Of a stretch of DNA of 64,000 bases, positions 59,087 through 64,000 are shown one piece after another (positions within the stretch are counted from its first letter, which is position 1; each line of letters starts with the position of its first letter). This stretch comes from Mustelus asterias (Eukaryota). The notes beneath the pieces were generated by a model that did not search any database, was not told where the DNA came from, and worked only from the letters and a program-made list of their open reading frames with translations. The position numbers and the translations under genes are program-made. The DNA is taken from contig NW_027590224.1 in NCBI RefSeq assembly GCF_964213995.1, positions 248,001 through 312,000 on the forward strand, given 5' to 3'.

Positions 59087-59240
59087 CCAGAACCTGTCCG
59101 ACTGCTCACCTGGGGAATAACTGCTGACCCGCTCTGCTTGGGCTGAATGGCCTCTCTCTGCTGCTCCCTCTGTGTGTTTAATGAGAAAGCATTGATGTGA
59201 GTCAAAACAAGGAAGAGGTTAAGAAGTGAGAAACTAGCTT
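59087..59240 (-). promoter_or_regulatory. Putative non-coding exon 1 and promoter of gene B
   Basis: Donor TGG|GTAAGT at 59087/59086; homologous to 22303-22460; TGAGTCA (AP-1, 59198-59204), AGGAAG, GAAGTGAGAAACT. Confidence 0.6.
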
Positions 59241-59729
59241 ACATTTTACATTTTTTGTTCACTGTTAACCTTTTGTCTCCTGACTCAATTTTTGCCCAAA
59301 GTTGGACAGCCATTGACAAGCAGTTTCTACAAAAGGTTAGTGAGTTTCCCAACCTTTCCCTCTCAGCCTTGAGTCAGAAGGTTATTGGTTTGTGACCCCA
59401 TTTGAGAATTGGCAATCCACAGGACACACAAGGACCTCCCAGGGTTTCACAATGGATGCAAGAGAATCCTGGACACAGGAGTGGACAAGTTGGTTCTACA
59501 TTGGCTCATGGTCCTCAGGACCCTGTTTAGTGAAGCCAGACTCCACCCAACACAATGTCTACAAGACGCACCAATGGAGATACATTCAGTGCTGGTTTGC
59601 CAGGCAGGACAATGGATTAGAACACCCACCATTTTCACCATCATGAATCTTTGATTAGCCTTACTTGTTTGCTCTTCAGCACAGCCAATTGGCTAATCTG
59701 ATTCGAACACATTGCTGCAACTTGTAACT

Positions 59730-60336
59730 TCAGTGACTAAGGAATCACTTTGGATCCTCACTGTCTGAGGAATCTCTTTGGATCCTCACTGTCTGAGGAA
59801 CCTCCTTGGATCCTCACGGTCTAAGGAAACTCTTTGGATCCTCACTGTCTGAGGAACCTCTTTGGATCCTCATTGTCTGAGGAATCTCTTTGGATCCTCA
59901 ATGTCTGAGGAACCTCTTTGGATCCTCACTGTCTGAGGAACCTCTTTTTGGATACTCACTGTCTGAGGAACCTCTTTGGATCCTCACTGTCTGAGGAATC
60001 TCTTTGGATCCTCACTGTCTGAGGAATCTCTTTGGATCCTCATTGTCTGAGGAACCTCTTTGGATCCTCACTGTCTGAGGAACCTCTTTTTGGATCCTCA
60101 CTATCGGAGGAATCTCTTTGGATCCTCACTGTCTGAGGAATCTCTTTGGATCCTCACTGTCTGAGGAATCTCTTTTTGGATCCTCACTGACTGAGGAATC
60201 TCTTTGGATCCTCGCTGTCTGAGGAATCTCTTTGGATCCTCACTGTCTGAGGAATCTCTTTGGATCCTCACTGTCTGAGGAATCTCTTTGCATCCTCATT
60301 GTCTGAGGAATTTCTTTAGATCCTCATTGTCTAAAG
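59730..60336. repeat. 28-bp minisatellite (GATCCTCACTGTCTGAGGAATCTCTTTG), ~21 copies
   Basis: Direct tandem repetition; internal inverted repeat TCCTCA/TGAGGA. Confidence 0.96.
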
Positions 60337-60430
60337 GATTATTTCTGATCCAATTCCATATTGTTGTATTGTTGATTCCGATGCAGCATTGTAGACTGAC
60401 TTGTGCCCATGTTCAGCACTGACGGCACAG

Positions 60431-60782
60431 GGGCGGCACGGTAGCACAGTGGTTAGCACTGCTGCTTCACAGCTCCAGGGACCAGGGTTCGAATCCCGGC
60501 TCGGGTCACTGTCTGTGTGGAGTTTGCACATTCTCCCCGTGTCTGCGTGGGTTTCCTCCGGGTGCTCCGGTTTCCTCCCACAGTCCAAAGATGTGCGGGT
60601 TAGGTTGATTGGTCATTCTAAATTGCCCCTTAGTGTCCCGGGATCCATAGGTTAGAGGGATTAGCGGGTAAATATGTAGGGACATGGGGGTAGGGCCTGG
60701 GTGGGATTGTGGTCGGTGCAGACTCAATGGGCCGAATGGCCTCTTTCTGCACTGTAGGATTCTATCTTCTATCTATCTATGA
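60431..60782 (+). mobile_element. Full-length HE1-type V-SINE
   Basis: A box TAGCACAGTGG, B box GGTTCGAATCC, V-domain, CR1-like tail ending in (CTAT)n. Confidence 0.95.
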
Positions 60783-61224
60783 CCCTACCCCAGCAGACAC
60801 TGTGAAACACACAAGCAAAGTGCCTCTAGCCTGAGCTCTGTGTGTGTCGGATGTGCCTCTGTGTTGGTACACCACGTTCACAGGTGGTTTCACTTTGTTT
60901 TGTTCAAAACTGAACTGGAGCTGACAGTAAACTCTTTTGAAATGCTAATGGTTTCAGCAGAAGAAGGAAAGTGTTGCTGAAAAGAAAGCTTTTCATCATG
61001 TTGTAGGATCAGACAGGACAACAGGAGGCCATTCAGTGGTTATGGCCATGCTCGCTCTGTAAATGAACCATTTAATTGGTCTCAACCCCCTGCTCCTACT
61101 CATTGCCGTACAAATGTTTCCTCTTCCAATCGAAATCCCAGTATCCCAGTGCATGAACAGAATTCTCCCCATCCCCCCTCAGTTTGAAGTGACCATGACT
61201 CAGCAGTCAGCCTCAGTTTTGTTG

Positions 61225-61430
61225 TACACATTGTTGTGATCTGGAAGATGCTGCCTGAAAGGGCATTGGAAGCAGATTCAATAGGAACTTTCAGAATGAG
61301 GAATTAGATTAAAACTTGCAAATTGTGAACAAGAGGGATATTGGAATCAATTGGATAGCTCGACTAGAGAACCAGTATCGGCACAATGGGCTGAATTGCC
61401 TCATTCTGTGCTGTATCATTCTGTGATTCT
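61225..61430 (+). mobile_element. Old CR1 3' fragment
   Basis: ATGGGCTGAATTGCCTCATTCTGTGCTGTATCATTCTGTGATT tail. Confidence 0.7.
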
Positions 61431-61549
61431 CTAACTTTTAACTGGATTGCAGATCATTGGCATACAGGGGAACTGGGTAAGTTTCTCACCTTTATACACT
61501 GGTTTCTCCTCTGTTTATCTTTCAGTTAGTTTGCTTCATTGTTGTGGTT

Positions 61550-63475
61550 TGAACAAGAACAAAGAACAGTACAGCACAGGAACAGGCCCTTCAGCCCACC
61601 AAGACTGCACTGACACTTGATGCCTTTCTAAAGTAAAGACCTTTTGCCTCTACGCAGTCAGTATCCCTCTATTCCATGTATCTATAAATGTTGTTATTGT
61701 ACCTGCTTCTACCACCTCCTCTGGCAGCGCATTCCAGGTACTTACCACCCTCTGTTTAAAAATGGGCCTCTCACATCTCCTTTAAACTTTCCCCCTTTTA
61801 CCTTAAATCTATATCCCCTAATAAATGACATTTCTACCCTGGAAGAAAGACTCTGCCTATCCATTCTATCCATGCCTCTCATAATTTTGCAAACTGTTAT
61901 CAAGACACCCCTCAGCCTCCAATGTTCATGTGAAAACAATCCAAGTTTCTCCAATCTCTCCTTATACTAATACCCTCCAAACCAGGCAACATCCTGGTAA
62001 ATCTTTTCTGTATCCTCTCCAAAGCCTCAACATCCTTCTGGTAGTGTGGCAATCAGAACTGTGCACAATATTCCAAATGTGGGCGAACAAAAGTTCTATA
62101 CAGCTGGAACATGACTAGATAATTTTTATACTCTGTGCCCCAACTGATGAAGGCAAGTGTGCCCTATGCCTTCTTGATCACCTTATCCACATCTGTTGCC
62201 ACTTTCAGGGAACTGTGGACCTGTACACCTAGATCCCTCTGTATGTTAATACTTTAAGGGTTCTGCCATTTACTATATACTTCCCTCCTGCATTAGATCT
62301 TTCAAAATGCATCACCTTGCAGTTGTCCAAATTAAATTCCTGGTGCCATTTCTCTACCCAAGTCTCCAGCCTTTCTATATCCTGCTGTATCCTCTGGCAT
62401 CTGGCATCCTCCTCACTATCAGCTCCCCCAATCTTTGTGTTATCTGCAAACTTATTACTCAGGGCACCTACATTCTCCTCCAAATCATTTATATATATTA
62501 TAAACAAGAAGAGTCCCAGCACTGATCCCTGCGGAATACCACTGGTCACAGATCTCCAGTCAGAAAAGCACTCTTCCATCGCTACTCTCTGTCTTCTATT
62601 ACCAAACCAGTTCTGTATCCATCTTACTGCAGGTCACTGCAGGTCCTATGTGACTTTACCTGTATCAGCCTGCCATGAGGGATCTTGTCATAGGCCTTGC
62701 CAAAGTCCATGTAGACAACATCCACTGTCCTGCCCTCATCAATCACCTTCGTCATTTCCTCAAAAAACACTCAAGTTTGTGAGACACAACCTTCCCCGCA
62801 CAAAGCCATGCTGTCTATCACTAATAAGTCCATATTGTTCCAAATGTGAGTAAATCCTGTCCCTAAGAATCTTCTCCAATAATTACCTGACCACTGATGT
62901 AAGGCTCATCGGCCTGTAGTTTCCTGGATTATCCTTGTTGCCCTTCTTAAACAAAGGAACAACATTGGTTATTCTCCAGTCCTCTGGAACCTCTCATGTG
63001 GCTAAAGAGGATACAAAGATTTCGTACAAGGTCCCAGCAATTTCTTCCCTCGCCTCCTTCAGTATTCTGTGATAGATTCCATCAGGTCCCGGGGGGGTTG
63101 TCTACCTTAATGCTTTTAAAAACAACCATCACGTTCTCTTTTTTATATCAACATGCCCTAGAGTATAACATACCCCTCTCTAGACTCACCATCCACCATG
63201 TCCTTCTCCTTCATGAATATCGATGCAAAGTATTCATTAAGGACCTCACCCATTTTCATCTGCTCCAAACTTATATTCCTTCCTCTGTCCTTGAGTGGAC
63301 CTACCCTTTCTCTAGCTACCCTCTTGTTCCTGATATACAAATAAAATGCCTCGGGATTTTCCTTAATCCTGTTTGCTAAGGACATTTCATGGCCCATTTT
63401 AGTCCTTCTAACTCATTGTTAGTTCTTTCCAGCTTTTTTTATATTCTTCGAGGACTCTGTTTGTCTTCACTTTCC
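61550..63475 (-). mobile_element. Degraded CR1 LINE
   Basis: IKENPEAFYLYI..RERVGPLKD, GIPQGSVLG, KFADNTKIGG; (AACAAAG)n tail. Confidence 0.92.
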
Positions 63476-64000
63476 TTTGATTTGATTTGATTTATTATTG
63501 TCACATGTATTAGCATACAGTGAAAAGTATTTTTTCTTGCGCGCTATGCAGACAAAGCATACCGTTCATAGAGAAGGAAGTTAGAAAGTGCAGAATGTAG
63601 TGTTACAGTCATAGCTAGGGTGTAGAGAAAGATCAACTTAATGCAAGGTAGGTCCATTCAAAAGTCTGATGGCAGCAGGGGAGAAGCTGTTCTTGAGTCG
63701 GTTGGTATGTGACATCAGATTTTTGTATTTGTTTCCCATTGGAAGAAGGTGGAAGAGAGAATGTCCGAGATGCGTAGGGTCCTTATTAAGCTGGCTTCTT
63801 TGCCAAGGCAGCGGGAAGTGTAGACTGAGTCAATGGATGGGAGGCTGGTTTGCGTGATGGATTGGGCTACATTAACAACCTTTTGTAATTTATTGCAGTC
63901 TTGGGCAGAGCAGGAGCCCAGACCAAGCTGTGATACAACCAGAAAGAATGCTTTCTATGGTGCATCTGTAAAAGTTGGTGAGAGTTGTAGCTGACATGCC
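63476..64000 (-). mobile_element. Rex1/Babar 3' fragment, runs off the right edge
   Basis: Reverse complement of 40820-41335; (GATTT)n end. Confidence 0.92.

Noticed and set aside
59730-60336. 28-bp and 33-bp palindromic repeats as CRISPR arrays
   Set aside because: Units are head-to-tail with no unique spacers, there are no cas genes, and the context is vertebrate.
60431-60505. tRNA gene
   Set aside because: A/B boxes belong to the SINE head and run directly into the V-domain.

Overview
Eukaryotic genomic DNA, very probably from a shark (inferred from HE1-type V-SINEs, HER1/CR1 LINEs, DeuSINE remnants and Penelope pLTRs). It is mostly transposable elements and minisatellites. Embedded on the minus strand are two tandem paralogous Siglec/MAG-like immunoglobulin-superfamily genes. 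Gene B (~59.2 kb to 43.2 kb) can be spliced by hand as non-coding exon 1, leader, V-set, C2-set and transmembrane exons into a 279-aa receptor. It has an Arg in the TM helix and a 12-aa tail. A broken third Ig exon and an apparently disconnected two-tyrosine ITIM-like tail lie in the same locus. Gene A (~22.4 kb to beyond the left edge) has one leader, TWO intact V-set exons and a C2-set exon; its membrane-proximal V carries an extra Cys. TE content includes a full-length Gypsy element whose PBS position holds a 15-nt complement of its own LTR instead of a tRNA PBS, Penelope pLTRs with minimal hammerhead ribozymes, a Gmr1-like (protease-integrase order) LTR element, Harbinger-like MITEs, and CR1, L1, L2, RTE and Rex1 fragments. 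Five co-oriented 33-bp minisatellite arrays are present, four of them at matching positions in the two gene units. All exon models were read by eye, without transcript evidence.
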